The notes under the pieces: model-generated
What the model saw: only the letters and a program-made list of their open reading frames with translations
Databases searched by the model: none
What the model was told of the DNA's origin: nothing
Part shown: piece by piece, positions 8,838 through 18,680 of the stretch
How positions within the stretch are numbered: the first letter of the stretch is position 1
Layout: the number at the start of each line of letters is the position of its first letter
Position numbers and translations under genes: made by a program
Source of the DNA: an uncultured Planctomycetales bacterium
GTDB lineage: Bacteria > Omnitrophota > Gorgyraeia > Zapsychrales > JBDRMG01
Direction of reading: 5' to 3'
Length of the DNA stretch: 64,000 nucleotides
Assembly: GCA_964478715.1 (NCBI GenBank)
Contig: CAYZIY010000003.1
Span: 84,661-148,660, forward strand

Positions 8838-10979
8838 ATGGAACAACTACAAAATAAGAGATTCTTTCTTTTCAGAGTTCTTTTTTTCTTCTTATTTGGA
8901 TGCTTTTATTTTTCTATCTATTCTAGTGTCTGGGCCCAGGAAGCGCCACAACAAGTTGAAGCTCGCGGTGATCAATTTGAATATATCGTTGAAGAAAATA
9001 AGATGATAGCTGAAGGCGATGTGGTTGTCTCAAAAGGGGATGTTGTCTTAACGTGTGACAAGATGACTCTCTATCGTGATACGAATAATGTCGAAGCCCA
9101 GGGCAATGTCGTTCTTCGTTATGGACGCAGCACGATTTATGGGGAGAAACTTTCTTTTAATTTCGATAAAATGGAAGGGGATTTTATCGGAGGACGAATC
9201 TTGGCGGATCCTTATTATGGACGCGGTGAAAAGATCGCCAAAGTCGGCGAAAATCATATCGAGATCGAGCGCGGATACATCACGACCTGTGATTTGGACA
9301 AACCCCATTTTCGGTTTGAGTCTAAAAAGGTAGATCTCTATCCCAAAGAAAAGGTTCAGGCCCGGCACGTTATGTTTAAGGTTGGCGAGCTGCCGATCTT
9401 CTATCTTCCTCAATATACAAAAGATCTTCGCGATGAGAAACAGAAGCTAATCTTTACTCCCGGATATGATAAGCAATGGGGCATCTATCTTTTGACGGCT
9501 TACCGATATTATCTTAATGATAACTTCAAAGGTACATTGCATTTGGATGCCCGTGAAAAGAAAGATTTAGCATGGGGGATTGATCTCGATTATCGCATGC
9601 AGGATTACGGCAAAGGTATTATCCGCACTTATTACATGAATGAGCGTAATATCACGTCAAACAGATGGTGGCAGGAGCGTCCGAGTCCGACGATAGAAAA
9701 AGAACGTTTTAAAGTTGAGTGGCGCCATCAATGGATTATCGACCAGAAGACCGAAGCCCTATGGCAATATTATAAATTAAGCGATAGTAGTTTGCTTAAA
9801 GATTATTTTGAACGTGAGCACGAACGAGATACCGATCCGACGACGTTCTTCCAGTTAACCAAAACATTGCCCTCAGGATTTTTGAGTTTTCGGACTGATG
9901 TACGGGTGAATCGTTTTGTTTCAAAAGTTGAAAAGTTGCCCGAAGTGCAATATAGCATGACCAATCAACAAATCGGCAATACGGGTCTTTATTTCAGAAA
10001 CACCAGCAGTTACTCTAATCTTGTAAAGAAATCAGCGGCCCCTTCTGAAATCCGTCAAAACACCATGAGAATCTATACGGATAATCAAATATCTTATCCG
10101 TTTAAACTGGGCTTTATCGAACTCAATCCCTATGTTGGCGGAACGCAGACATATTATTCGAAGACAAAAGAAAAAGATGAATACGATATTATCAGAGGAC
10201 AATTTAAAACTGGAGCCAGTCTTAGCACGAAATTTTATAAAATCATCGATCTTCAAACGGATCAATTGGGCCTGAATATTAATCGTTTGCGGCATGTGAT
10301 TACGCCTTCGATCAGTTATAGCTTTGCTTCGCGGCCGACGGTTCCTGATTCCAAAATAGATAATTTTGAATCGATAGATTCCCTTGAGCGAAGTCACACT
10401 GTTAATTTGTCACTGGAGAATAAGCTGCAGACCAAACGAGAAGGAGAAAGTGTTGATTTAATCAGGGCCATTGTGGATACGGACTTTCGTCTCAAAGAGC
10501 ATACCGGTGGAGGAGGGTTTGATCATGTGCGAGCCGATTTGGAATTCAGACCCATCGAATGGATCACGTTTTATTGGGATGCTGATTTTGATACCCGAAA
10601 GGATCGCCTGCAATCATCCAATTTTGAATTGTATTTTTCCGATCCTCGTGAAAGTGATCAGTGGTCACTGAATTTCAGAAAAAGATGGACCAGGGATGTA
10701 GATGATCAAATCGAATCGGAATTTAATTATATCATTAATCCGAAATGGAAATTGCGTAATTATTATCGGTTTGATATCGATGCCGGCTTGGTGAAGGAGC
10801 AGGAATATACCGTCACCCGAGATCTGCATTGTTGGGAAATGGACATCAGTTATAATGAAACCAGGGGACAGGGCAGCGAGATCTGGATGGTTTTTCGGAT
10901 GAAAGCCTTTCCGGAAATCGGTTTTGATTTCAGCAAAAGTTTTCGTAAAAGAAAAAGAGGAACCCAGAGCAATTATTGA
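8838..10979 (+). CDS. LptD/OstA-like outer-membrane LPS-assembly protein
   Basis: Signal peptide, an OstA_N-like beta-jellyroll (QVEARGDQFEY...GDVVLTCDKMTLYRDTNNVEAQGNVVL) and a long C-terminal domain rich in alternating aromatic residues, typical of a large beta-barrel. Confidence 0.5.
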   Translation: MEQLQNKRFFLFRVLFFFLFGCFYFSIYSSVWAQEAPQQVEARGDQFEYIVEENKMIAEGDVVVSKGDVVLTCDKMTLYRDTNNVEAQGNVVLRYGRSTIYGEKLSFNFDKMEGDFIGGRILADPYYGRGEKIAKVGENHIEIERGYITTCDLDKPHFRFESKKVDLYPKEKVQARHVMFKVGELPIFYLPQYTKDLRDEKQKLIFTPGYDKQWGIYLLTAYRYYLNDNFKGTLHLDAREKKDLAWGIDLDYRMQDYGKGIIRTYYMNERNITSNRWWQERPSPTIEKERFKVEWRHQWIIDQKTEALWQYYKLSDSSLLKDYFEREHERDTDPTTFFQLTKTLPSGFLSFRTDVRVNRFVSKVEKLPEVQYSMTNQQIGNTGLYFRNTSSYSNLVKKSAAPSEIRQNTMRIYTDNQISYPFKLGFIELNPYVGGTQTYYSKTKEKDEYDIIRGQFKTGASLSTKFYKIIDLQTDQLGLNINRLRHVITPSISYSFASRPTVPDSKIDNFESIDSLERSHTVNLSLENKLQTKREGESVDLIRAIVDTDFRLKEHTGGGGFDHVRADLEFRPIEWITFYWDADFDTRKDRLQSSNFELYFSDPRESDQWSLNFRKRWTRDVDDQIESEFNYIINPKWKLRNYYRFDIDAGLVKEQEYTVTRDLHCWEMDISYNETRGQGSEIWMVFRMKAFPEIGFDFSKSFRKRKRGTQSNY

Positions 10980-11006
10980 TGCGAGAATAATTCAAGGAGG
11001 ATACTT

Positions 11007-12311
11007 GTGGATATTGCCGTCATAGGAAGTGGATATGTGGGCTTGGTGACCGGCCTCTGTCTGGCGCATGTGGGTCATAGGGTGATGTGCGTCGATAACA
11101 ATAAAGAGAAGATCAGAAAGCTCAAAAAATGCAAATGTCCGATTTACGAACCAGGTCTCGAAGACATTTTAAGAAAATGCTTTAAGAAGAAGCGGATCAC
11201 CTTTACTATGTCAATCAAGGAAGCCACCAAAAAGTCGACTGTTATTTTTTTGGCCGTTCCTACACCCCCAAAAGAAAATGGGGAAGCAGATTTGACCTAC
11301 GTTGAAAACGTCTCCCGCGAGATTGCCCGCAGCATGAACGATTATAAGCTTGTAGTTGAGAAATCAACCGTTCCTGCCGAAACTGGAAAGAAAATCACTC
11401 GAACAATTCAATTGAATTTATCGAAAAACAATAAAATTGCTTTTGACGTGGCATCCAATCCAGAATTTTTAAAAGAGGGCTCTGCGGTCAATGATTTCTT
11501 AAACCCGGATCGGATTGTGATCGGTGCAGAGTCAAAGAAAGCCGAAGGTTTGCTCAAAGAAATTTATAAACCGCTTAAAGCAAAAATAGTTGTGACAGAT
11601 ATCAGTTCCTCTGAAATGATTAAGCACGCTTCGAACTCTTTTCTGGCGATGAAAATTTCTTTTATCAATGCCGTGGCCCAGATCTGTGATCGGGTAGGCG
11701 CCGATGTCATCAAAGTAGCCGAGGGTATGGGCTATGACCGGAGGATCGGCCGCGAATTCTTGAATGCCGGCATCGGCTATGGCGGTAGTTGTTTTCCGAA
11801 AGATGTCGATGCCTTTATTCGTTTAAGCGAAAAGAGCGGTTACGATTTTGCGCTTCTTAAGGAAGTCCGCAAGATCAACGAAAAACAAAAAGAACATTTT
11901 GTGAAGTTGATTGAAGATAAAATCTGGATTCTTAAAGGAAAAACCATTGGCGTTTATGGAGTAGCATTTAAGCCTAATACAGATGATACCCGAAGTTCGC
12001 CGGCAGTAGATATTATTCAAAGGCTTCAAAAGGAAGGCGCCAAAATTAAGGCCTATGATCCTCAGGCTATGGAGCAGGCCAAGAGAGAATGCAAAAAGGT
12101 GACCTTCTGCAAGAATCCTTATCAGGTTGCTACTAATTGCGATTGTCTTTTATTTCTCACCGAATGGGATGTATTGAAGAATTTGGATTTTAAAAAAATT
12201 CGTAAGGTCGTTCGACAGTCTGTTATATTTGACGGCCGCAATATGTTTGATTCAGATACCATAAAGAAAATGGGATTTGAGTATTACGGAATCGGAAGAG
12301 GACGGGCATGA
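11007..12311 (+). CDS. ugd: UDP-glucose 6-dehydrogenase
   Basis: N-terminal Rossmann motif IAVIGSGYVGLVTG, catalytic GGSCFPKD motif, 434 aa. GTG start with a strong SD (AAGGAGG). Confidence 0.8.
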   Translation: MDIAVIGSGYVGLVTGLCLAHVGHRVMCVDNNKEKIRKLKKCKCPIYEPGLEDILRKCFKKKRITFTMSIKEATKKSTVIFLAVPTPPKENGEADLTYVENVSREIARSMNDYKLVVEKSTVPAETGKKITRTIQLNLSKNNKIAFDVASNPEFLKEGSAVNDFLNPDRIVIGAESKKAEGLLKEIYKPLKAKIVVTDISSSEMIKHASNSFLAMKISFINAVAQICDRVGADVIKVAEGMGYDRRIGREFLNAGIGYGGSCFPKDVDAFIRLSEKSGYDFALLKEVRKINEKQKEHFVKLIEDKIWILKGKTIGVYGVAFKPNTDDTRSSPAVDIIQRLQKEGAKIKAYDPQAMEQAKRECKKVTFCKNPYQVATNCDCLLFLTEWDVLKNLDFKKIRKVVRQSVIFDGRNMFDSDTIKKMGFEYYGIGRGRA

Positions 12312-12757
12312 TTGACGGTGTTGCTGTCAAAAATTTAAAAATTATTCCAGATGATCGGGGTCGATTAATGGAAATATTCCGTTGCGATGATTCTTTTTAT
12401 AGTCAATTTGGCCAGGTTTATTTCACAACTGCTTTTCCGGGGATTGTCAAAGCCTGGCATTATCACAAAAAGCAGGATGATAATTTTACGTGTGTGGCCG
12501 GTCGCATCAAGTTGGGGCTTTATGACGCCAGAGATGATTCCCCGACGAAAGGTAAAGTCAATACTTTTTACTTAAGCTTAAACGAGCCAAAGATTGTGCA
12601 CATCCCTAAGGGTGTTTACCACGGATTTAAGTGTGTGAGCGATCAAGAGGCCATGGTCATTAACACGGTGACCTTGCCTTATGATCATCAACAATCGGAT
12701 GAATTTCGGGTGGATGCGAGTGACTCCGGAATTCCTTTTAACTGGATAGAGGATTAA
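12308..12757 (+). CDS. dTDP-4-dehydrorhamnose 3,5-epimerase-like cupin (RmlC family)
   Basis: DDRGRLMEIFR...KAWHYHKKQ...DARDDSPTKGK...IPKGVYHGF aligns to the RmlC core (RGLHYQ...DxRxxSPTFGK...PxGFAHGF). At 149 aa it is short for RmlC, so a sugar ketoisomerase role is possible. Confidence 0.55.
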   Translation: MIDGVAVKNLKIIPDDRGRLMEIFRCDDSFYSQFGQVYFTTAFPGIVKAWHYHKKQDDNFTCVAGRIKLGLYDARDDSPTKGKVNTFYLSLNEPKIVHIPKGVYHGFKCVSDQEAMVINTVTLPYDHQQSDEFRVDASDSGIPFNWIED

Positions 12758-12760
12758 ATC

Positions 12761-13501
12761 ATGAAAGGTGTGATCTTAGCAGGAGGTCTTGGGAGACGTC
12801 TCGATCCTTTGACCAGAGTTACCAATAAGCATTTACTGCCTGTTTATAATCAGCCGATGATTTTTTATCCGGTCAAAACCCTTGTCGAAGCCGGTATTAA
12901 AGATATTCTTATTGTGACCGGTGGTAACAGTGCGGGAGATTTCCTTAAACTTTTAGGCAGTGGTGAGGAATTTGGTATTGAGGATCTACGTTATGCTTAT
13001 CAGAAAGGGGAAGGTGGTATTGCCGATGCCTTGAGGCTGACCGAAAATTTTGTCGGCAAAGAAAAAGTCATTGTTATCTTAGGAGATAATGTCATCAATG
13101 TATCGATCAAGCCGTTTATAAAGAAATTTGAGAAACAAAGCCGCGGGGGCCGTATTTTAATCAAAAAAATCGATCACCCCGGTCGCTTTGGTGTGGTTAA
13201 GATAAAAGAGAACAAGATCATTTCTATTTTGGAAAAACCCAAGAGACCCCCGAGCGATTATATTGTAACTGGAATTTATATGTACGACCATCAAGTTTTT
13301 AAATTCATTCGCAATTTGAAACCCTCGAAGCGCGGGGAGTTTGAGATTACGGATGTCAATAATATGTATATCGAAAAAGGAAGTCTGCGTTACGACATTC
13401 TAAAAGGAGAATGGACCGATTGCGGTACCTTTGAGTCATTGATGCGGGCTAATCTGATTGCCGCCCGGATCAGCAGAAAAGGATTAAGAAGAAAGAAATA
13501 A
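12761..13501 (+). CDS. Sugar-1-phosphate nucleotidyltransferase (RmlA-like, short form)
   Basis: N-terminal MKGVILAGGLGRRLDPLTRVTNKHLLPV nucleotidyltransferase signature. 246 aa. Confidence 0.65.
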   Translation: MKGVILAGGLGRRLDPLTRVTNKHLLPVYNQPMIFYPVKTLVEAGIKDILIVTGGNSAGDFLKLLGSGEEFGIEDLRYAYQKGEGGIADALRLTENFVGKEKVIVILGDNVINVSIKPFIKKFEKQSRGGRILIKKIDHPGRFGVVKIKENKIISILEKPKRPPSDYIVTGIYMYDHQVFKFIRNLKPSKRGEFEITDVNNMYIEKGSLRYDILKGEWTDCGTFESLMRANLIAARISRKGLRRKK

Positions 13502-13503
13502 TT

Positions 13504-14466
13504 ATGCGCATCTTGATAACTGGAGGCGCCGGTTTTATCGGATCTCATTTCGTTAAGTATATTCTTAAAAATCATTCTTCTTATCGTATTACTAATCTCG
13601 ATAAATTAACTTATGCTGGTAGTCTTGGTAATCTCAGAGATCTTCCCAATAAAAGAAATCACACTTTTGTCAAAGGGGATATTTCAAATGCGAAACTGGT
13701 GGAAAAATGCATGCGTCATTGCGATGCGGTGATTCATTTTGCGGCCGAAACCCATGTGGATCGCTCGATTATTGATGCCCAGCATTTCGTAAAGACAAAT
13801 GTATTTGGAACTTATGTTTTGCTAGAAGCTGCTTTAAAACATAAGATCAAAAGATTCCTTCATGTCAGTACCGATGAAGTCTACGGAAGCAGAAAGAAAG
13901 GTTATTTTAAGGAGGATAACCGTCTGATTCCCAGCAGCCCTTATTCGGCTTCGAAAGCGGCGTCCGATTTGTTGGCCTTAAGCTATTTTGTAACATACCG
14001 ACTGCCCGTGATGATCACCCGCAGCACAAACAATTACGGTCCGTTCCAATTTCCGGAGAAAATCATCCCGCTTTTTATTACGAATCTTCTTCAAAAGAAA
14101 AAGGTTCCGCTTTATGCGGAAGGGAAAAACGTTCGTGACTGGATTTATGTTGAAGATAATTGCCGGGCTATCGACTGTGTTTTTCGAAAAGGTAAGGCCG
14201 GTAAAATCTATAATATCGCGGCGGAAAATTACCTCACGAATTTTAATTTGACACAGAAAATTCTCAAGAAAATGAATCAAGATACCTCGATGATCAAGCA
14301 CGTAACAGACAGGCTCGGGCATGATTTTCGCTACGCGATCGACTGCCGCAAAGTTAAGGCGCTTGGTTTTCGTCCGAGGATGAATTTTCAACAAGGGTTG
14401 GATGTGACCATCGACTGGTATCGGAAAAATTTGAAATGGGTTTGCCAAAGATGCAAAAAGTTCTGA
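13504..14466 (+). CDS. rmlB: dTDP-glucose 4,6-dehydratase
   Basis: [16 protein letters not shown], catalytic YSASKAASD, typical length of 320 aa. Confidence 0.85.
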   Translation: MRILITGGAGFIGSHFVKYILKNHSSYRITNLDKLTYAGSLGNLRDLPNKRNHTFVKGDISNAKLVEKCMRHCDAVIHFAAETHVDRSIIDAQHFVKTNVFGTYVLLEAALKHKIKRFLHVSTDEVYGSRKKGYFKEDNRLIPSSPYSASKAASDLLALSYFVTYRLPVMITRSTNNYGPFQFPEKIIPLFITNLLQKKKVPLYAEGKNVRDWIYVEDNCRAIDCVFRKGKAGKIYNIAAENYLTNFNLTQKILKKMNQDTSMIKHVTDRLGHDFRYAIDCRKVKALGFRPRMNFQQGLDVTIDWYRKNLKWVCQRCKKF

Positions 14467-15323
14467 TTTTGGGAGGTAACGGACTGTTGGGTCGGGAGGT
14501 AGCGGCGACCTTGCAAAATGATTTTGATTTATCTGTTCCTTCTCATCAGGAACTGGATATGACCGATAAAAATAAGGTCTTTGAGAGTATTCGGTCTTTG
14601 AAACCCCAATGTGTTGTTTGTGCAGCCGGTTACACCTATGTTGATGGCTGTGAGGAAAATCCCGAAAACGCTTTTCGGGCAAATGCACAAGGGATGGAAA
14701 TTCTCGCTTGTGCCTGTAAGGAAGAAGGGACTTTTCTCATTTCATTGAGCACAGATTATGTCTTTAACGGAGAAACGAATAGGCCCTATAGGGAGCATGA
14801 TCAGCCCGATCCACTGAGTGTTTATGGGGAGAGTAAATGGAAAGGCGAACAAGCCCTTGAGCGCGCAGGGGGTAAGTATTTGATTGTTCGCAGCAGCTGG
14901 CTATTCGGAAATTCACAGAAAGGATTTGTTCCGTTTATCCTTCATGCCATTGATCAACAGAAAGAATTGAAAATTATCGGTGATAAGATCGGATCTCCCA
15001 CGTATGTCGTTGATCTCGCAAAGGCAATCAAGGTTATTATTTTGATGATGCGTGAAAATAAGTGGGATTCCCAGAAATACAATATAGTGCATATCGCTAA
15101 CAGCGGATTCTGTTCCTGGCATGAGTTGGCTCAATTTATCTTAAGCACTGTTGGCCATAATGATCTTAGTCTCACAAAGGTTAACCTTTGTGATTTTCCT
15201 TTTAAAGCCCCGAGACCCAAGTATTCCGCTTTGGATAATTCCCTTTATCAGAATATAACGGGGCAGTCTCTCAGATCCTGGCGGGAAGCCTTAAAGGAGT
15301 TTCTTCAATGTCAGATCAATTAA
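14451..15323 (+). CDS. rmlD: dTDP-4-dehydrorhamnose reductase
   Basis: MQKVLILGGNGLLG..., YGESKWKGE catalytic YxxxK, ~290 aa. The start was set at the in-frame ATG 14451; the track starts at 14436. Confidence 0.8.
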   Translation: MQKVLILGGNGLLGREVAATLQNDFDLSVPSHQELDMTDKNKVFESIRSLKPQCVVCAAGYTYVDGCEENPENAFRANAQGMEILACACKEEGTFLISLSTDYVFNGETNRPYREHDQPDPLSVYGESKWKGEQALERAGGKYLIVRSSWLFGNSQKGFVPFILHAIDQQKELKIIGDKIGSPTYVVDLAKAIKVIILMMRENKWDSQKYNIVHIANSGFCSWHELAQFILSTVGHNDLSLTKVNLCDFPFKAPRPKYSALDNSLYQNITGQSLRSWREALKEFLQCQIN

Positions 15324-16609
15324 AGAAGAGAATTAAAAGCAAGCGGGCTCGCATAGCCGTTATAGGATTGGGATACGTTGGGTTGCCTTTGCTTGTGAAT
15401 TTTGCAAAAAAAGATTTCCCGGTAATCGGATTAGAAACAGATCAAGACCGACTCGATAAGGTCAAGCGAAGCGTCAGTTATATTCTTGATGTGCCTTCAA
15501 GGACTCTGAAACTGCTCAATAAAAAGAAAAGAATTTTTGTAACCAATGAATTTGAACAGCTTCAATCCGTTGATGTGGTAATCATCTGTGTACCCACTCC
15601 CTTAAAGAGAAAATACACTCCGGATATCACCTATTTGCTGGAAGCGGTTCAGGCGGTTCGTCGAAATCTTCAGAAAGATCAGCTTGTCATTTGCGAGAGT
15701 ACGACCTATCCCGGAACAACCGGAGAATTGATTAAACCGGAGCTTGAAAAAAGCGGTCTGGTCGCAGAGAAAAATCTTTATCTTGCCTTTTCACCGGAGC
15801 GAATTGATCCGGGCAATAAAACATACGGTTTGACAAAAATCACCAAAATTGTCGGAGGGATTGGCCCGAAATCAGGAGAGCTGACCCGCTTGCTTTATGA
15901 GAAAATCATCAAGAAGGTTCATGTGGTTTCCTCCGCTCGAAGCGCGGAAATGGCCAAATTATTAGAAAATTCTTTTCGTATTATCAATATCGGTTGGATT
16001 AATGAAGTGGCGATGATGTGTCATCAAATGGGAATCGACGTTTGGGAAGTGATCGAAGCGGCTAAAACCAAGCCGTTTGGATATATGCCCTTTTATCCAG
16101 GTCTTGGAGTGGGCGGACATTGTATTCCTGACGATCCGCTCTATTTGTTCTGGAAGGCTCGGGCTCAAGGTTTTAACTCTCGGTTTATTAAACTGTCCGC
16201 TGATGTCAACAGCCATATGCCTGTTTATGTGGCTGGTCGGATCAAAGATATACTGATTGAAAGAAACAAGCCTATTCGAGAGGCCAGAATTCTGATTGTA
16301 GGAGTGACGTATAAAAAAAATGTCAAGGATTTACGGAAATCTCCGTCCATTAAATTGATGGAAATCCTGCAAGCTCTTTGTCATCGTGTGGATTATTATG
16401 ATTCTCATATTCCGTTTCTGAAATTTGCTAATCTTGACATGGTGAGCGTAGAACCTACGTTTAAAACATGGGGTCAGTATGATTGTGTTGTGATCGCGGT
16501 TGATCATTCTAAAACCAATTACGGAATGATTAAAAAGCATGCCAGGCTTATTTTTGATATTCGCAATGTTTACAAAAGAGTCAATCATCCTAAGATTATA
16601 AAACTTTAA
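15308..16609 (+). CDS. UDP-sugar 6-dehydrogenase family protein (UDP-ManNAc/UDP-GlcNAc dehydrogenase-like, WecC/Cap5O type)
   Basis: [13 protein letters not shown] Rossmann motif, catalytic GGHCIPDDP, 433 aa. Distinct from the ugd paralog at 11007. Confidence 0.7.
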   Translation: MSDQLKKRIKSKRARIAVIGLGYVGLPLLVNFAKKDFPVIGLETDQDRLDKVKRSVSYILDVPSRTLKLLNKKKRIFVTNEFEQLQSVDVVIICVPTPLKRKYTPDITYLLEAVQAVRRNLQKDQLVICESTTYPGTTGELIKPELEKSGLVAEKNLYLAFSPERIDPGNKTYGLTKITKIVGGIGPKSGELTRLLYEKIIKKVHVVSSARSAEMAKLLENSFRIINIGWINEVAMMCHQMGIDVWEVIEAAKTKPFGYMPFYPGLGVGGHCIPDDPLYLFWKARAQGFNSRFIKLSADVNSHMPVYVAGRIKDILIERNKPIREARILIVGVTYKKNVKDLRKSPSIKLMEILQALCHRVDYYDSHIPFLKFANLDMVSVEPTFKTWGQYDCVVIAVDHSKTNYGMIKKHARLIFDIRNVYKRVNHPKIIKL

Positions 16610-16620
16610 GGAGTATTCCT

Positions 16621-17565
16621 TTGAGTAAAAAATTTAAGACAGCTTTAATAACAGGTGGGGCTGGATTTTTGGGTAGTCATTTGTGTGATGCATTAATCGA
16701 GCGAGGTCATAAGATTATTTGCATGGATAATTTGATTACCGGCTCTCTCAAAAATATCAATCATTTGAGGAAAGATAAGCGTTTTCGTTTCGTTAAGCAC
16801 GATGTTTCAAAGTATATCAATATCAAAGAAACTCTCGACTACGTGATCCATTTTGCTTCTCCAGCATCGCCAGTTGACTATCTAAACTATCCCATTCAAA
16901 CCCTGAAAGTCGGATCACTAGGAACCCACAACACATTGGGTGTTGCCAAAGCCAAAAAGGCCAGGTATTTTCTAGCATCCACTTCCGAAGTCTATGGGGA
17001 TCCGCAGGTTCATCCTCAGAAAGAAACTTATTGGGGTCATGTCAATTGTGTGGGTCCGCGCGGGGTCTATGATGAGGCTAAGCGTTTTGCCGAAGCCATC
17101 ACCATGGCCTACCGCAAGATCCACAAAGTTGATACGCGGATTGTCCGCATTTTTAATACTTACGGGCCCCGCATGCGCATGCACGATGGACGTGTGGTGC
17201 CGAATTTTATTTATCAGATCCTTAATCATCAAGCCTTAACCGTTTACGGAAACGGCAAACAAACGAGATCATTTTGCTATGTGTCTGATCTGATTTCCGG
17301 GATAATCAAATTATTATTTTCCAAAGAATCAGGGCCGATGAATATCGGCAATCCGAAAGAATTTACCATTATTCAGTTTGCCCGCCTTATGCTAAAGCTG
17401 ACAAAATCGAAATCAAAGATTGTCTACAAATCTCTTCCGAAAGACGATCCCAAACAGCGCAGGCCCGATATTTCCTTAGCCAGAAAAAAATTGAAGTGGA
17501 GACCGGTTGTGTTGCTTGAGGATGGTCTGCGCAGAACGATAGATTATTTTGAGCACCAATCATAA
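16621..17565 (+). CDS. UDP-glucuronate decarboxylase (UDP-xylose synthase)
   Basis: [17 protein letters not shown]..., YDEAKRFAE, 314 aa. Sequence is strongly UXS/ArnA-C-terminal-like. Confidence 0.8.
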   Translation: MSKKFKTALITGGAGFLGSHLCDALIERGHKIICMDNLITGSLKNINHLRKDKRFRFVKHDVSKYINIKETLDYVIHFASPASPVDYLNYPIQTLKVGSLGTHNTLGVAKAKKARYFLASTSEVYGDPQVHPQKETYWGHVNCVGPRGVYDEAKRFAEAITMAYRKIHKVDTRIVRIFNTYGPRMRMHDGRVVPNFIYQILNHQALTVYGNGKQTRSFCYVSDLISGIIKLLFSKESGPMNIGNPKEFTIIQFARLMLKLTKSKSKIVYKSLPKDDPKQRRPDISLARKKLKWRPVVLLEDGLRRTIDYFEHQS

Positions 17566-17588
17566 ACTTTAAATAAAGGGAGGGCCTG

Positions 17589-18234
17589 ATGACACAGCAG
17601 CAGAAAAAAGACTCTGGGCCTGGCTATTGCTTCATTGATTTGCGGAATTCTGTTTCTTTTTCCTATTTTGGGTTTCTTTTTCTCCCTGGCCGCCATTATT
17701 ATGGGCATCGTTGCGCTGGTAAAAATCAATAAGAATCAGGATGCACTTAAAGGGAAAGGTCTGGCTATTAGCGGGATCGTGTTGGGCTCAATCGGCATTC
17801 TTGTGATTCCCATTATAGCCATGTTAGCTGCCATTGCCGTTCCCAATTTTCTCAGAGCCCGTATGGCCGCCAATGAAGCAATGGCTCAATCAAGTATTCA
17901 AGCTATAGCGCAGGCTTCGCAAACATATCGGGAGGTTAATCAAGCCTTTCCGCAGACATCCATCGAGTTGACAGGAGCCAATCCTCCCTTTTTGGCTGAA
18001 AGTGTTTTGCAAAACACCGAAGATCATGGTTACTTCATTAATATCATTAATACGTATGATGATCAGAGATTTTTTGCCAAAGCCAATCCTGTGCAGTCCG
18101 GCGCTTCAGGAACAAGAAGTTTTTGTGTTGTCGGAGATGGTGTGGTTAGAGTTGATATGGAAGGCAATGATATCTATACACACGACAGTTGCCAAAAACT
18201 GCCGGCGGTGCAAAGCAATCCAACAGCTTATTAA
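17589..18234 (+). CDS. DUF4190 membrane domain fused to a type IV pilin-like domain; apparently disrupted by a frameshift in an A6 tract
   Basis: ATG 17589 sits behind a strong SD (AAGGGAGGG) and reads MTQQQKK in frame 0. The body (KKTLGLAIASLICGILFLFPILGFFFSLAAIIMGIVALVKI..., then LAAIAVPNFLRARMAANEA..., then a C-terminal Cys-Cys loop) lies in the +1 frame. Removing one A from the aaaaaa run (17604-17609) joins the two frames cleanly. The track ORF instead starts at TTG 17635. Confidence 0.5.
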
Positions 18235-18250
18235 AACAGAAGGATAAAAG

Positions 18251-18496
18251 TTGAATAATAAGAGAGGGTTTGTAGCGTTTATCGGACTGATTTTAGCGGT
18301 CGGTATTGTCCTTATTTTGGGATATTATGTCACGCAGAACTATTTGTCTGACTCATCCTCATCTGAAGACCAAAACTTCAAGGCTCAGGGCCTGAATCCC
18401 TCAAGGGCTTCTTCAATGTTGGAAACGTCAAAAGAAAAAATACACAATTACGAGAAGCAAATGCATAAGCGTACCGAAGGGTTATTGGAAAAATGA
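18251..18496 (+). CDS. Small membrane protein, hypothetical
   Basis: MNNKRGFVAFIGLILAVGIVLILGYYV is a single TM segment. TTG start. No recognisable domain. Confidence 0.3.
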   Translation: MNNKRGFVAFIGLILAVGIVLILGYYVTQNYLSDSSSSEDQNFKAQGLNPSRASSMLETSKEKIHNYEKQMHKRTEGLLEK

Positions 18497-18680
18497 TACA
18501 GCAGATAACCGGATAATGCTTTGTTGAAAAAAACAAAATTTGTAATCTCTAGTATTGTTTTATTAATCATTTGTCTGACACAGAACGGTTGTGCGCTTTT
18601 GAATCTTCCATTTCGTGTTCTAGATCTGGTTTTTGATGTGATCAAAAGAATGCCTATGCCGCCGCCGGGCGTTTTCTAAG

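Noticed and set aside
13978-14688. 236-aa minus-strand ORF spanning the rmlB/rmlD junction
   Set aside because: Antisense to two strongly supported SDR genes. Low-complexity R/H/P-rich translation. No start context.
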